Part shown: positions 62,346 to 64,000 of the stretch, piece after piece
Layout of the letters: every line of letters begins with the position of its first letter
Position numbering within the stretch: position 1 is the stretch's first letter
Assembly: GCA_024137785.1 (NCBI GenBank)
Contig: JAHRHZ010000013.1
Location: 11,434,425 to 11,498,424, forward strand
Length of the DNA stretch: 64,000 bases
Direction: 5' to 3'
From: Ginglymostoma cirratum
Taxonomy: Eukaryota
Program-made: the position numbers and the translations under genes
The notes under the pieces: generated by a model
Seen by the model: the letters and a program-made list of their open reading frames with translations, nothing else
The model's database searches: none
Told to the model about the DNA's origin: nothing

Positions 62346-63049
62346 CGTTCAGTCTTCAGATTGATCAATCATTTGTAAGGAAACAACATAATTTGAAAGC
62401 AAAAGCAAATTATTGCAGGCACAGGAATTCGGAAGCAAGAAGAGAAAATTGCTCAGTAGATGTGGTAGAAACCATGGAAGCGGAAACATAGCTAATGGAC
62501 TCAATGTTTCCAACCACAAGGAGGCTGCTTTGGAGGAAGGGTGATAAGAAGAAGATGAAGATTGAAGGGACCTGTTTTCGCCTGGCTTGCAACATGTTCT
62601 CATCTTCAAGCACTTTTCCCAGGGGTGGGTGTTTCTAAAATGGCCACTACCTAAACCCTTTAATTCCATTAAGTGATTACTGAATGTGGCAAACCGCAGC
62701 ACATAAATGCATTTATCCAAACAGTCTCCTTTTCCACCAAAAAAATTGCATGATGAACATTTGCAAATTACTAAACACACGTAGATAATACAGAAAGTTA
62801 TCATGTGTGAAGAAAGAACTGTTTCTTCTTTCTAATGTGTTCTAACCTTGTTTGTTCCTACACACACATTGAATCCATAATCCTTACGCCATCAGGTCTT
62901 CTGATGTTGCGCATGTGAGTTTCTACTGGTTTTTCCTCCAGTATCTGCTGTTTCCTGTAACGACTTTGCCTCGCCATTGCTGAGGAAGGTTTTGCTGGTG
63001 TGGGAATTATTGCTGCTGATTGCACTGACTGGGGAACGGCTGAGCTCTG

Positions 63050-64000
63050 GAGTTGATTGATTTCTAATTTTCCGTTTCAGTTGGCAAAATCAAATCTGCC
63101 TCATCGGCTGTTGCAGCGATACATCTGGTTGTTACATTTTATCATTTGCAATTGAAGTGACAACTACAAAGATCCCAAGTTACCAAGTGGGTTGATATTT
63201 GTTGAGTACACCGAATGCTTGTACCCTGAGGCACTCTCCCACTCTTACCTCTGACAATGGCTTGGCAGCTTTAGCTTTCTGTCGTTTCATGTCAATCTTG
63301 TCACTCATGTCTGTTTCTACTTCTGGCTTCAGTAGTTTTTTTTAGCTGTTGAAAGAGCTGTTTGGACATGATCTGACATTAATTACTGGGTTGGACTACT
63401 TTTCATAATTTCACTTTGCATATCACTTTAAATTTTGCCTTGTACACATCTGCAGTGAATCTAAATGAGATTTTTTTTAATGACCCCTTCAACAGTGTTT
63501 ACCGCTCACCCAGCCTTTCCATTTGAATGGAAATAGTGTAGAGATGATGTGTGCTACTGCATTTCCCAATTATTCAGGAAGTACCTGAAATCTTCACTCA
63601 TGAACTGAGGGCCACTGTCGCTCCTCAAAATGTTTGGAATACTATGACAACTGAAGTGCGCTCTCTGGCATCCTACAATCTCATTGGCAGTAGTTGACGT
63701 TAGTTCATCTAATTCTTACTATTCTGAACAGTGATGAGATAATCAACCCCTGTGAGAAAGAAGACAAGGCAAGAGCTTGATAGTTGGTATTACACAGGTC
63801 CTACAGACTCCTGAACCATTTTGACATCTGTCAGTTGCTACACTTCTTTTACAGTTCTCACCTTATCAAGATCAGGGCTAAGTCCTTTTGCTGTCAGTAG
63901 ATGTACTTGACTGCAATCATATTCAGTTGTTCAGTTTAAGTTCTTCTGGCACTCTGTCTCTAGCAATGGCTTCTTCCATTGTGTCTCCACAATGATAGAC
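63050..64000 (-). mobile_element. Ty3/Gypsy LTR-retrotransposon pol remnant (integrase core), continuing beyond the window
   Basis: Minus strand AHFSCHSIPNILRSDSGPQF...HTSSLHYFHSNGKAG*AVNTVE matches the integrase motifs SDNGPQF and SSPxYPQSNGxAERxV, with stops. Confidence 0.88.

Noticed and set aside
1-64000. CRISPR arrays, operons, rRNA or snRNA genes
   Set aside because: The sequence is eukaryotic. No repeat-spacer array or recognisable rRNA/snRNA was seen, and many track ORFs use GTG/TTG starts that are not meaningful here.

Overview
Vertebrate genomic DNA, most likely from a shark or other elasmobranch. This is inferred from the repeats: HE1-type V-SINEs, CR1/HER1-type LINEs, Deu-domain SacSINE1-like SINEs and Penelope-derived short elements. 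No complete protein-coding gene is visible, and nearly all long ORFs in the supplied track are transposon remnants, low-complexity sequence or noise. Most of 1-42 kb and 56-64 kb is decayed, often nested mobile DNA (CR1, L2, Tx1/L1, Penelope, Harbinger, Gypsy, a solo LTR) plus a tRNA-Ser pseudogene. About 42.8-55.9 kb is a repeat-poor, CpG-retaining domain. It holds a CTCF site, three promoter-like modules (about 47.6, 49.4 and 54.2 kb) and candidate minus-strand first and second exons of a gene I cannot identify. The most notable signals are four. (1) A family of ~100-bp insertions, several with target-site duplications, that start at a minimal hammerhead-ribozyme core, including a palindromic double-core copy. 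(2) A short telomeric insertion flanked by a 22-bp duplication. (3) A 26-bp minisatellite built from 5' splice-site motifs. (4) A CR1 with an inverted 5' segment. All calls were made by eye without database searches, and repeat boundaries are approximate (tens of bp).
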